DNA of 64,000 nucleotides from Nitrospirota bacterium (GTDB lineage Bacteria; Nitrospirota; Nitrospiria; Nitrospirales; Nitrospiraceae). The position numbers and the translations under genes are program-made. Below, piece by piece: positions 28,417 to 38,652 of this stretch (positions within the stretch are counted from its first letter, which is position 1; each line of letters begins with the position of its first letter). The stretch lies in NCBI GenBank assembly GCA_963700335.1, contig CAVOXE010000004.1, positions 124,633 to 188,632 of the forward strand, given 5' to 3'. The notes under the pieces were generated by a model that did not search any database, was not told the origin of the DNA, and saw only the letters and a list, made by a program, of their open reading frames with translations.

Positions 28417-29010
28417 ATGACCCACTCAGTGAGATATTGCAATGCCGACAGTCGAGCAGCGTCCAGACAAGAGGACGATGAGGAACACATGACGGCGAAG
28501 ACGGTGGGGCAGAGTTGGTATGCCATCCGCACCCGTTCACGCCATGAGAAGGTCGTTCGCGATCAATTGGCCGGTCGCGGCATCGAGCCGCTGCTACCGC
28601 TCTGCATCTCCATCAGTCAGTGGAAAGATCGAAAGAAAACCATTCAACTGCCGCTGTTTCCTGGTTACTGTTTCGCGAAGTTTGCCTTAGCCGATCGAAT
28701 GCCTGTTCTGCAAGCTCCCGGCGTTATCGAGATCGTAGGGCAAGCCCAATGTCCTGAGCCCGTTCCCCCACGAGATATCGAGATCATCAAAGCTCTTGTT
28801 GAAAGCTCTCATCGCTATGAGTCCCATCCCTATTTACAAGAGGGCGCCATGGTCGAGGTCATTCATGGTCCCTTTTTAGGCTTGCGCGGTCATCTACTCC
28901 GAAAAGCCAATCGTTGCCGACTGGTTGTGGCGGTACACATAATACGGCAAGCTGCATCGATCGAAATCAATGCCGACGACGTCATGCCGATTTCCATGCC
29001 CGTTGCCTGA
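28417..29010 (+). CDS. NusG-paralogue transcription antiterminator (RfaH/UpxY-like)
   Basis: NGN-domain start QSWYAIRTRSRHEKVVRDQL...LPLFPGYCFAKF and KOW-like EGAMVEVIHGPFLGLRGHLL. Alternative start ATG at 28489. Confidence 0.8.
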   Translation: MTHSVRYCNADSRAASRQEDDEEHMTAKTVGQSWYAIRTRSRHEKVVRDQLAGRGIEPLLPLCISISQWKDRKKTIQLPLFPGYCFAKFALADRMPVLQAPGVIEIVGQAQCPEPVPPRDIEIIKALVESSHRYESHPYLQEGAMVEVIHGPFLGLRGHLLRKANRCRLVVAVHIIRQAASIEINADDVMPISMPVA

Positions 29011-29223
29011 TCCTTCCACTCCTGATTCGTCACCCATGGCAGCGCCTCCTTTACTGTTAGAGAAGAATGTTGTCATTTCTTTCATAAGACGATCGCTGTA
29101 GCTGGATCGGTATGCAGATGATGAGTACATTGTGACTACGATGTGACGCACGGTGAACCTGTTGCATCAACTAGTAGACAAATAGTGCCGACAACCAATC
29201 AGCAAATGAAGGGCGGAGCAACT

Positions 29224-31492
29224 ATGAACCACAAGACGGACCTTGTTCAATTTCAGTCATTCTCTGGAGACGGGCCAGCGAATCCTCTCGAAGAATACGT
29301 CAATATCTTACGGCGCCGCTTCTGGCTTGTTGCCGGTTTCGCTGTAGGGTGCGCCGTTGTCGCAGCGATCTGGTCCTATTCGTTGACCCCGGTCTACCAA
29401 GGGAAGGCCACGGTCGTTATTGAGCGCGAGGGACCCGGCGCTCTGGACAGAGATAAGTCCATCCAACAGGATATTAGTCCTGAGTATTTCCAGACTCATT
29501 TCGAATTGATGAAAAGCCGCCAGGTGCTTCAGCGAACTGCGCATCTGCTCGATCTCCAGAATCAATCCGAGTATCAACCACAGCCTTCCCAAGTCAAGAC
29601 GATTGTATATTCCCTGTTGCCTGACTTCCATCGTTGAATTCTTGGAGCCTAAAGGAAGGGACATCCAAGATTTCTGAGGAAGAGAAGGAGGATACTCTCC
29701 TGAGGAATTTCGCTCAGCAGATCGAAATCATGCCTATACGAGGAGCCAGGCTGGCTTATATTACTGTGAATTCTAAGGATCCTAAATTTGCTGCACGAGC
29801 CGCTAACACGCTGGCAACAGTCTACATCGAGGGTGCTCAGGAATTAAGCTCAAGTTCCAAAGAAAAAGCCGCACGGTGGTTTACCGGTCAACTTGAGGAT
29901 GCGCGTAAGAAAGTCGAAGCGTCGCAACAAGCGCTCTACGTGTTCCGCTCGAAGCACGAGCTTCTTGGAGGCCATCAACAGGAAGCCGTGGCCGCACACA
30001 AGATCACAGAATTGAATTCAGAACTCTTCAAAGCGGAAATTGAAAAAGCGAGGGCGCAAACACGTTACGAGCAGATTGAAATGGTTCTTCGCAAGCGATC
30101 AGACAATGGCGCCATCAATTGGTCCAATTTAGATGCGGCGACCGAAGTCTTGACTTCGTCGCTGATTCAAACGCTTCGCGCCCAGGAGATCCAGGTTTCA
30201 GGACAACTGGCGGAACTCTCGGACAAATACGGCCCGCTTCATCCCAAAATGGCTCGAACGCAAGCGGAGCTACAGGATCTTCGCGAACGGATACAACAGG
30301 AAGTTCAAAAGATTTATGACTCGGTCAAGCGCGAGTACGACGGCGCACTGGCTAGGGAACACGCCATCCGTGAGGCCGTGAAGCGCCATCGACAGGAAAA
30401 GGTCAAGGTCGAGCAGTATGAAATCGAAGAAGGGATTTTGGAACGAGAAGCCGAAAGCAACCAGCACCTGTACGATATTTTTCTGAAAGTCACGAAAGAA
30501 GCTGATCTCTCTTCGGGGATAAAACCTAGCAACGTCTACCTTGCCGATCCAGCGGTAGCAAGCTCGCTGCCGGTCAAACCGAAGAAGAAGTTAAATACGA
30601 TGTTGGGCCTCCTCGTCGGACTGATATCAGGAACTGGGCTGGCCTTTGTTCTGGAGGCTCGTGATCGCAGTCTAAAGGGACCCGACGATGTTGAACGGTA
30701 TCTGCCCAGTGTGTCGTTGCTTGGCATGGTGCCCGCTCCTATCAAAGACCGATGCTTCGAACGGGCAGCTCTTGCCTTCCACAAACCCCTTGGGTCCGGC
30801 CGCTGAAAGTTTTCGCACCATTCGGACAAGTTTGCTCCTGTCCAATCCAGGCCAACTGCCGTCCAGTGTGCTTATTACCAGTCCTGGGGTGAATGAAGGG
30901 AAAACCACCCTTGCCGTCAATCTTGCGACAGCCATGGCTCAATTGGAGGATACGCGAGTCATCCTCATCGATGCCGACCTTCGGAAAGACCAAGTTCATC
31001 CCATTTTTGAAATCCAAACGGGAAATGGTGAACCCAAGGGACTTGTCGACTATCTAGAAGGGCAGAGCGGACCTGCGTTCCGTTATGCATCAGACCGAAA
31101 TCCCCAATCTTTCGGTCATTCCCAGCGGCTGTTGCCCATCCAATCCATCGGAATTGCTCCACTCAAAGTACATGAGTATTCTTCTCAAGCGTTGTCAACA
31201 GGAAGGATTCCACATTATTCTAGATGCTCCGCCGGTACTGCCCGTTACCGATCCTGTAATTTTGGCTACCAAAGTTGATGGCGTACTGGTGGTCGTGAGC
31301 GCAGGTCAGACGACTCGCGAAGGTTGCCGGTTGGCGATTCAAAGTCTCACGGCCGCCGGCGGGAAGATTCTGGGGATCGTACTGCAAAAGGCCCGAGTCT
31401 CTGCGGTTCCTTATTATTTTGCGTATGCAGGCTCAAAGAACGGAGTGACCCATCCAGCCAAGGCGCTTCCCTCCTCTTCTGAACTTCTGTGA
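29224..31492 (+). pseudogene. Wzc-type polysaccharide co-polymerase fused to a BY-tyrosine kinase, split by 3 frameshifts
   Basis: Four track ORFs in frames 1, 0, 1 and 2: 29143..29637, 29634..30806, 30688..31278 and 31085..31492. They read collinearly as follows. Wzz domain with TM1 (FWLVAGFAVGCAVVAAIW). Coiled coil. TM2 (LGLLVGLISGTGLAFVL). AESFRTIRTSL. Walker A SPGVNEGKTT. ILIDADLRK. Walker B IILDAPPV. Tyr-rich tail PYYFAYAG. The breaks lie near 29630, 30730 and 31075. Confidence 0.75.
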
Positions 31493-31620
31493 GCTGTTGT
31501 ATTGTTTCTTTCTTGTAATGGGTTCTGGGTATAAGCTCATAAAGCTACGCTAACGTGCCGGCCGCGCTAGCCTGATGGTAAGCAGGGGCCTGCTCGAGGC
31601 TCATAGGGAGAAAGCACGCG

Positions 31621-32826
31621 GTGGTGAGCCTTATAAAGGATGAAGCTCAGCTCGGCCTGAATGTTCGCACTGCGAGCATGTCTGACGCCTCTCAATGTGT
31701 TCCCACTCCCATGCGCATCACCATGGTCATTTCGTCTCTTGGCGGTGGGGGAGCCGAACGCGTCATGTCGGCGATGGCCAAATACTGGGTGGAGAGCGGC
31801 CGCAAGGTGACGCTCATCACGTTGGCTGAAACAGGTGAAGATTTTTATGCGCTTCATCCAGAGGTCAAACGAGTAGCACTAGGACTTATGGGGAACTCCC
31901 AGAGCCTCGTAGGCGCCGTACGGAACAATGTGCAAAGAGTGTTGCGATTACGGAAAGAAATCCGAGCCTCCAAACCGGATGTTGTTTTAAGCTTCGTCGA
32001 CAAAATGAACGTGATCGTCTTGGCTGGCACTCTGGGTCTGGGCATGCCGGTTATCGCGTCTGAACGTACCGATCCTCGCCACCACTCGATTGGGTTTGTC
32101 TGGAGATGTCTGCAGTTTCTATTCTACCGCCGCGCCGAAGCAATCGTGATGTTGACTGAGGGTGTGAGGGGGTGGGCTAAACGGCTCGTGCGGCCTGATG
32201 CAATCCGTGTCATTCCAAATCCTGTGTCGATCCCTGCTATGAGGTACACCGGCGCCCCGAATGTTCGAAATTCTGGACATACGGTTGCCACAATGGGACG
32301 ATTGTCACGTGAAAAGGGATGTGACCTGCTCTTGCGCGCCTTTGCCCGATGCGTAAGAAAGTATCCCGATTGGTCGCTCATCATTTTAGGAGAAGGCCCC
32401 GAGCGTAATCGTTTGGAGGCGTTAATTTGCGAATTAGGGATAAAGGATCAAGTCAGCTTGCCGGGACTGGTGAGAGAACCTTCTTCGGTTCTCCGTCATG
32501 TGGACCTCTTTGTTTTGCCCTCACGCTATGAAGGCTTTCCGAATGCCCTGGTCGAGGCGATGGCGTTGGGTAGGGCAGTGATTTCGACCGACTGCCCCAG
32601 CGGCCCAAGCGAGATTATCCGAGACGGGGTTGATGGGGTGTTGGTGCCATCCAATAATGTAGATGCCTTGGCTTCGGCCATGCAACGGTTGATGGCAAAT
32701 CAGCCGGAACGCGATCGACTCGGCGCAAGCGCTGTAGAAGTCCTCGAGCGGTTCAGCGTCGAGAAAATCATGAGCCTCTGGGACGACTTATTTGTCAAGA
32801 TATGCAAGGCTCGAAACCATTTTTAA
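31621..32826 (+). CDS. GT4-family glycosyltransferase
   Basis: MRITMVISSLGGGGAERV start region and a C-terminal GT1/GT4 core (LFVLPSRYEGFPNALVEAMALGRAVISTDCPSGPSEII). The start is uncertain (GTG 31621, ATG 31678 or 31711). Confidence 0.8.
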   Translation: MVSLIKDEAQLGLNVRTASMSDASQCVPTPMRITMVISSLGGGGAERVMSAMAKYWVESGRKVTLITLAETGEDFYALHPEVKRVALGLMGNSQSLVGAVRNNVQRVLRLRKEIRASKPDVVLSFVDKMNVIVLAGTLGLGMPVIASERTDPRHHSIGFVWRCLQFLFYRRAEAIVMLTEGVRGWAKRLVRPDAIRVIPNPVSIPAMRYTGAPNVRNSGHTVATMGRLSREKGCDLLLRAFARCVRKYPDWSLIILGEGPERNRLEALICELGIKDQVSLPGLVREPSSVLRHVDLFVLPSRYEGFPNALVEAMALGRAVISTDCPSGPSEIIRDGVDGVLVPSNNVDALASAMQRLMANQPERDRLGASAVEVLERFSVEKIMSLWDDLFVKICKARNHF

Positions 32827-32909
32827 GACAACACCATTGCAATGAAGGACAGACATTTCGCTAGATGCAATGAGTGTGTGTTGCAAGAAAATAGGAAGCG
32901 GCGGTCCTC

Positions 32910-34046
32910 ATGAAAATTGTCTTTCTCGTTCGCTCACTGAATTACGGTGGCGCAGAGCGGCAACTGACCCTCCTTTCCAAAGGACTGCGCCAACGCGGAC
33001 ATGATGTCGTGGTCGTTGTCTTTTATTCAGGGGGACCCTTAGAGAAGGAATTAGTGGACGCTCAAGTACGAGTTCGGCCGTTGAACAAACGCGGCCGTTG
33101 GGAGGTGTTCGGCTTTCTTATCAGGTTAATTCAAGTCTTGAGGGAAGAACGTCCAGACATCTTACACGGCTATCTTCATGATGCCAACCTCATGACCATG
33201 ATACCTAAGTTCTTAACTCTGTGTACGAAAGTAGTGTGGGGTGTACGGTGCTCCCACATAGATTTGCGTCAATACGATTGGCTCGCTTGGGTTGAATTTA
33301 AGGTTAATTGCTGGCTATCAATACTTCCCGATGCCATTATCGCCAACTCCCATGTAGGTCGCGACTATCATCTGGCCCTGGGTTATCCCGCCGAAAAGAC
33401 TGTTGTGATTCCCAACGGGATCGATACTGAACGGTTTCGTCCGAACCCTCTGGCGCGACGCCGAATACGGGAGGAGTGGGGCATCAAGGAACAGGAAGAA
33501 CTCATCGGTCTTGTGGGTCGGCTGGACCCCATGAAAGACCATCCCGTATTTATAGAAGCCGCGGCATTGTTAGCAAAAAGGCGAAGTGAAATACGCTTTG
33601 TATGTGTGGGGGGCGGCCCGGATGAATATCGTGCCGAACTACAGAGGCATGCCAAGCAGCTAGGGTTGGAAGATCGTTTGCTGTGGGTAGGAATTCGCGA
33701 GGACATGCCGGCTGTCTACACTGCGTTGGATATTGCTGTAAGCAGCTCATATGGTGAAGGGTTTGCCAATGTTATTGGTGAGGCGATGGCTTGTGGAGTA
33801 CCTTGCGTCGTCACTAATGTCGGAGACTCCGCTCGTGTGGTAGCGGATCTGGGTGAGGTGGTTCCTCCAAAAGACCCGGCCGCTCTGCGGGACGCCATTG
33901 AAAGATTGCTGGATCAAAAGCCGCATACTCCGGCTCAGGTTCGGCTTCGCATAGTAGAGGGTTTGTCTGCGGAGGCAATGGTCGTCAATACGGAGCGTGT
34001 GCTGCTCACGTTATCCTGCGGTCCATTGCGACCTAGTTCAAACTAG
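32910..34046 (+). CDS. GT4-family glycosyltransferase
   Basis: MKIVFLVRSLNYGGAERQL N-terminus and SSSYGEGFANVIGEAMACGVPCVVTNVGDS core. Confidence 0.85.
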   Translation: MKIVFLVRSLNYGGAERQLTLLSKGLRQRGHDVVVVVFYSGGPLEKELVDAQVRVRPLNKRGRWEVFGFLIRLIQVLREERPDILHGYLHDANLMTMIPKFLTLCTKVVWGVRCSHIDLRQYDWLAWVEFKVNCWLSILPDAIIANSHVGRDYHLALGYPAEKTVVIPNGIDTERFRPNPLARRRIREEWGIKEQEELIGLVGRLDPMKDHPVFIEAAALLAKRRSEIRFVCVGGGPDEYRAELQRHAKQLGLEDRLLWVGIREDMPAVYTALDIAVSSSYGEGFANVIGEAMACGVPCVVTNVGDSARVVADLGEVVPPKDPAALRDAIERLLDQKPHTPAQVRLRIVEGLSAEAMVVNTERVLLTLSCGPLRPSSN

Positions 34047-34092
34047 GCCGGGAGTGACACTACGTCTGACGCGAAAATGAAGGCAGGCCTTC

Positions 34093-34929
34093 ATGATGCA
34101 GAACGCCAATCAAAAAAATCATATGAGGTTCGAATTCGGCGAGAATTGGCGCCGATTTCTTGAGTCAGTAAATGAGACGCGCATAGGTGAAGCCCAGCAA
34201 TCACTTATGGATTTGCTCGGAGTGAAGACACTCCAAGGCGAAACGTTCTTAGACATCGGTTCAGGAAGTGGCCTTTTTAGTCTAGCAGCGCGAAGGTTGG
34301 GAGCCCGCGTCCATTCGTTTGATTATGACCAGCAGTCTGTCGCCTGCACTCAGGAGCTTAAGCGTCGCTATTTCCCGACTGACGAAGGCTGGACAATTGA
34401 GCAAGGATCCGTTTTGGATGATGCCTATGTCGCGTCACTAGGGAAGTTTGATGTGGTGTATTCATGGGGTGTGCTTCATCATACTGGAGCGATGAGGCAT
34501 GCACTGGAGAATGCGTGCTTAGCCGTCGCATCAAGGGGGCGCTTATGCATTGCGATCTACAATGATCAGGGATGGCGCACCGTCTACTGGACCCAAATCA
34601 AAAAACTCTATAATCGGGTCCCCCGCATCGGAAAGTTTGCAACCGTCTCCATGATCTTTGTCAGCTGGTGGGCTCCCAAAATTCTGCGAGATTCGATTCT
34701 TGGAAGTCCGTTGCGGAGTTGGAAGAACTATGTCACGCATCGCGGCATGTCTCCATGGTGGGATGCCGTGGATTGGGTGGGCGGATATCCCTTTGAGGTC
34801 GCGAAACCGGAAGAAATCTTTCATTTCTACCGAGAGAGAGGCTTTTCAATGACGAATTTGAAAACCTGCGGCGGTAAGCTCGGCAATAATCAGTTTGTGT
34901 TTGAAAAGGTCGTAACGGACCGCTCATGA
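34093..34929 (+). CDS. Class I SAM-dependent methyltransferase
   Basis: Motif I FLDIGSGSGLFSLAARRLGARVHSFDYD and post-I/II elements (VVYSWGVLHHT). Confidence 0.75.
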   Translation: MMQNANQKNHMRFEFGENWRRFLESVNETRIGEAQQSLMDLLGVKTLQGETFLDIGSGSGLFSLAARRLGARVHSFDYDQQSVACTQELKRRYFPTDEGWTIEQGSVLDDAYVASLGKFDVVYSWGVLHHTGAMRHALENACLAVASRGRLCIAIYNDQGWRTVYWTQIKKLYNRVPRIGKFATVSMIFVSWWAPKILRDSILGSPLRSWKNYVTHRGMSPWWDAVDWVGGYPFEVAKPEEIFHFYRERGFSMTNLKTCGGKLGNNQFVFEKVVTDRS

Positions 34930-35081
34930 ACGCCTATTTATTGACCTTATCGCCTTTGATTACAGGACAGTAGGTATATGTTGGAGAATAGAGGGGCATT
35001 CCTTTCTCCATGCTCTCTAGGTTGAATTATGAATAGAGCGGCAAGGTGGACGAACAAAACTCTTGCAGCACGGGAGGCGTC

Positions 35082-36257
35082 ATGAGATTCGATCTTTGCG
35101 CGAAGATTTTCTTGCTCGGTGTGTGCGGCATGCACCTTATCGATGTTCCCACACTTTGGGCCGCCCAGTTATACACGGCAGAGGATCTCAATATCCAAGA
35201 CGCCGTGAAAGCCGTCGGTCCTAATTTAAGCGGCCAGGCGGCCGTCCGATCCGGTTTTACCGCCGCTCGTTCGGATTTAGCAACACGGGGAACCACGCCG
35301 CGCGCATCGGGCTTCCTAGCACTGGTGTAACCGGGACCGCCACGACGAATGGAATCACGAGCGCGAGGACGGCAGTTGGTTCCAGCAATAGGGGCGACGA
35401 CATCACCGCGTACGGCATTAATGACGCGGGCCTTGTCGTCGGATCGAGCAACATCAGCTTTGGGTCCCAGCAGTGCCGTCCCAATATTCCGGACGCACCA
35501 CCGTCAGGAACCTGTACGTTGAGCGCGGTCCATGCGGTGATCTGGATGAAGAACGACAGCTTGCGTGATCTCGGCACATTGCCGGGCGATACCGCCAGTG
35601 AAGGGTCCGGCGTTAACAATTCGAGAGCGGTGGTCGGGTACTCAAGCGGCCCGAACGGCGCTCGAGCGTTTCTCTGGACGCCAAGAACGGCATGCAAAAT
35701 CTCGGTACCTTGCCAGGAGGGACCATCAGCAAAGCACGGGGGATCAGCGACAATGGGCTCATCGTGGGAAGCTCCTCAAGCTCTGGCGGGCACGCGCGCC
35801 GTATTATGGACCCGCGGAGGCATTCAAAATCTCGGCACGCTGCCGGGTGACCTGTCGAGCGAGGCGTACGCTGTGAATAATCGCGGTGCCGTCGTCGGAT
35901 ATTCCCGAGGTCCGGCCGGCACGCGCGCCTTTATATGGACGTCTCAGAACGGAATGCAGAGCTCTGCCTTCGCTCCCGGGCGGCAGTGTGACTCGCGCGT
36001 TAGCTCTGAATGACAAAAATGAAGTCGTGGGCAGTTCGGGAAGTGCGCTTGGAGCTCGCGCCGTTCTTTGGAATGCGGCAGGGGAGGTACAGGACCTTCA
36101 AGCGATCGTGTCCCTTCCTTCTGGCGTGACACTGTTAGAGGCGGTCGGTATTAATGCACGCGGAGAGATCGTGGCTATGGCAGGAGACGAGAGGAATGCC
36201 CACGGATTTCATGAGGGGTCCAGCCGGGTCTTTCATCTGACGCCGACCGGGCCATAA
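35082..36257 (+). pseudogene. HAF-family extracellular repeat protein, at least 4 frameshifts
   Basis: Signal peptide MRFDLCAKIFLLGVCGMHLIDVPTLWA. Repeats of the type A(Y/V)(G/A)(I/V)N..G.VVG(Y/S)S......AF(L/I)WT....(I/M)QNLGTLPG are spread over all three frames (track ORFs 35046.., 35519.., 35886.., plus an unlisted frame at 35680-35800). It ends ...RVFHLTPTGP without a PEP-CTERM tail. Confidence 0.6.
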
Positions 36258-36345
36258 GGGTATCGCTCCACTATGGCTTCTAGTAGCCAGAATCTTCTCA
36301 ATCTTATCTCCTAACAGTGCTAGTCGTAAGAAAAGGACGATCGCT

Positions 36346-38437
36346 ATGAATCGACCAAGATTCTTCGCTTTATTGCTGGCAGTCGCCATAAGCGTGAGTC
36401 TTAAGTTTGGGGCTGCGTATGCACAAACTCCCTCTCACAGTCGGTCGGTGGGACTTGGGCCCTGTGTGGGATATTGCACCGGTCCACATGGTGCTACTGC
36501 CTAATGGAAAGGTGATGTTCTGGCCGGGAGATTATATTAGCGGGGATGATGCCCGTCTGTGGGATCCGGTCACGAACACCCTGACCAGTCTCTCGAAGGC
36601 GACGTACGATCTCTTTTGCGCCGGTCATACGTTGATGTCGGACGGCAATCTCTTCGTTCCAGGAGGAAATCTCCTCACCCCCTTCAATGGATTGCCCAAC
36701 GCCAGCATCTACAATCCGGTGACCAATATCTGGACACGGTTGCCGGACATGAATGCCGCCCGTTGGTATCCGACCACTACCGCGACGGGCAACAGACGAA
36801 GTACTGGTCATGACGGGCACGATTGATAGCGTTCAACTGGAAAATCCACTGCCGCAGGTTTGGCAACCGTCACGCTGGGAGCCTGGCGCAATCTCACGAA
36901 CGCGCTTCTCAAAATCTACAACTATTCCTGGGTGTATTGGACTCCGTTTGGGAATGCCTTTGTGGCGGGCCCGCGGCAAAACACACGTTATCTCAATATT
37001 TCAGGCACTGGAGCGTGGACCGACGTTGCCACGTTCAATTATCCCGACGTACGTGATTACGGGTCCTCGGTCATGTATGGCGGCCCATGGAACATCCTCA
37101 TTGCGGGCGGCGGCCAGCCACCGACCAATACGGCCGAAATCATCGATCTGGCGGATGCAACTCCGACTTGGCAGTACACCAACCCGATGGCCTATCCACG
37201 TCGGCATTTCAATCTCACGCTGTTACCCGATTCGAATGTGCTGGCCATCGGCGGCTCGGGCGGCACTGGATTTAACGATACGACCTGTCCCGTCTATCCA
37301 TCCGAAATGTGGAACATCTTTACCCACACCTGGACGACGATGGCGAGCCAGACGGTGGGACGGTTTTACCATTCGAGTGCGCTCTTGCTGCCGGACGGAC
37401 GGGTGCTGAGCGCCGGTGGAAACTATACGTATCAGACGGAGATCTATTCGCCTCCGTATCTTTTTAAGGGAGCCCGGCCGACGATCACGTCCGCTCCTAC
37501 CAGCGCCGACTACGGAACGACGTTCTTCGTCGGCACACCGAATGCGACCAGCATTGCGAATGTCAGGCTGATCCGTCTGGCAGCCGTCACCCATGCGTTC
37601 GATCAGAACCAGCGGTATCTTCCGCTGAGCTTTACGCCAGACCACTGGAGGGACTCAATGTCACCGCTCCCCCAGATAGCAACAAGGCTCCTGTCGGCCA
37701 CTATATGCTGTTTATCCTGAACGCGAACGACGTGCCCTCAGTCGCGAAAATCATTCAAATCGGGGTTGCGGGAGCGCCACCGCCGCCGCCACCGCCGCCG
37801 CCGCCACCGCCGCCTCCACCGCCGCCGCCGCCACCACCACCGCCGCCGCCTCCACCGCCGCCCCCTCCAGGCATTCCTGCGGCACCGACCGGACTTGTGA
37901 CGACAGTCAGTGTCTAGTACTCAGATCAACCTGACCTGGGTTGATAATGCGAACAATGAGAGTGGATTCAAAATAGAACGTACAACAGGAACGGGTAGTT
38001 TTGCTCAAATAGCGACGGTAGGGACAAACGTCACGACGTATTCGAACACTGGTTTGACGGCTGCAACGAACTACAGCTATCGCGTGCGCGCAACAAACAG
38101 CAGTGGCGACTCCGCATATTCCAATACTGCGACCGCAACCACGCAGACCGCCGGAGCACAGTCTCTCACGCTCAACGGGGGGACCGGGCCGATCACCGTC
38201 GCACGGGGGGCCACGATCACGATCACAGTCGTGAATCCCACGGGCAATTCCCTAAGATTGGATCGGGATTTATAAGGTCGGCCAGTCATCGAGTACCAAG
38301 AGTGTAGTGGAGCATTATGTCAATATACAACCTATACGATTCCCTCCAGCACACCGGTCGGCACATATGAGGCCGATTATTTGCCAATGATTCGCTCTAT
38401 TCTGTTGGCGACGAGTGCTACGATCACGGTGCAATGA
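36346..38437 (+). pseudogene. Secreted glyoxal/galactose-oxidase-like protein (Kelch propeller + DUF1929 E-set) with poly-Pro linker, FN3 domain and a C-terminal domain; at least 7 frameshifts
   Basis: Signal peptide MNRPRFFALLLAVAISVSLKFGAAYA with AAGGA RBS. Family blocks: DLFCAGHTLMSDGNLFVPGG, ARWYPTTT, GRFYHSSALLLPDGRVLSAGG, IYSPPYLFKGARPTI, VTHAFDQNQRYLPL and APVGHYMLFILNANDVPSVAKIIQI. Then 31 Pro. Then FN3 (INLTWVDNANNESGFKIERTT...YSYRVRATNSSGDS). The tail ends ...LLATSATITVQ. The pieces are track ORFs 36407.., 36753.., 36860.., 37705.. and 37910.. plus unlisted frames. Confidence 0.65.
37777..37869 (+). repeat. Run of 31 consecutive proline codons (CCG/CCA/CCT), a low-complexity triplet tract
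   Basis: Read directly from the sequence. Track ORF 37705..37917 shows A-P(31)-GIPAAPTG. Confidence 0.95.
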
Positions 38438-38444
38438 AACGCAA

Positions 38445-38470
38445 GCCGCTGACGCGCTCGCGTCAGCGGC
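38445..38470 (+). terminator. Strong GC hairpin just after the oxidase-like gene
   Basis: gccgctgacgcg-ct-cgcgtcagcggc is a 12-nt perfect inverted repeat 8 nt after the TGA at 38435-38437. No U-tract, so its function as an intrinsic terminator is uncertain. Confidence 0.35.
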
Positions 38471-38652
38471 AGTGCCGAAGCTCTAATGGCACGCGGAGCT
38501 TGCTTTGATAGATAGTCAACGGAAGCAACCTGCACATCGCTTGCTTCTCCTTGGGTAGCGGGTGTTGGATTCACCCTCGACGGCTCTCTCGAATAGTCCC
38601 CATCCGCTATTAGGATCATTTGTCTTGCCCAGACGGCGGAAAACTCGCTCAA

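Noticed and set aside
29625-29637. Programmed ribosomal frameshifting at the Wzc-like gene junctions (and at other breaks)
   Set aside because: No slippery heptamer or downstream structure was seen. The breaks go in both directions and are far too numerous across unrelated genes.
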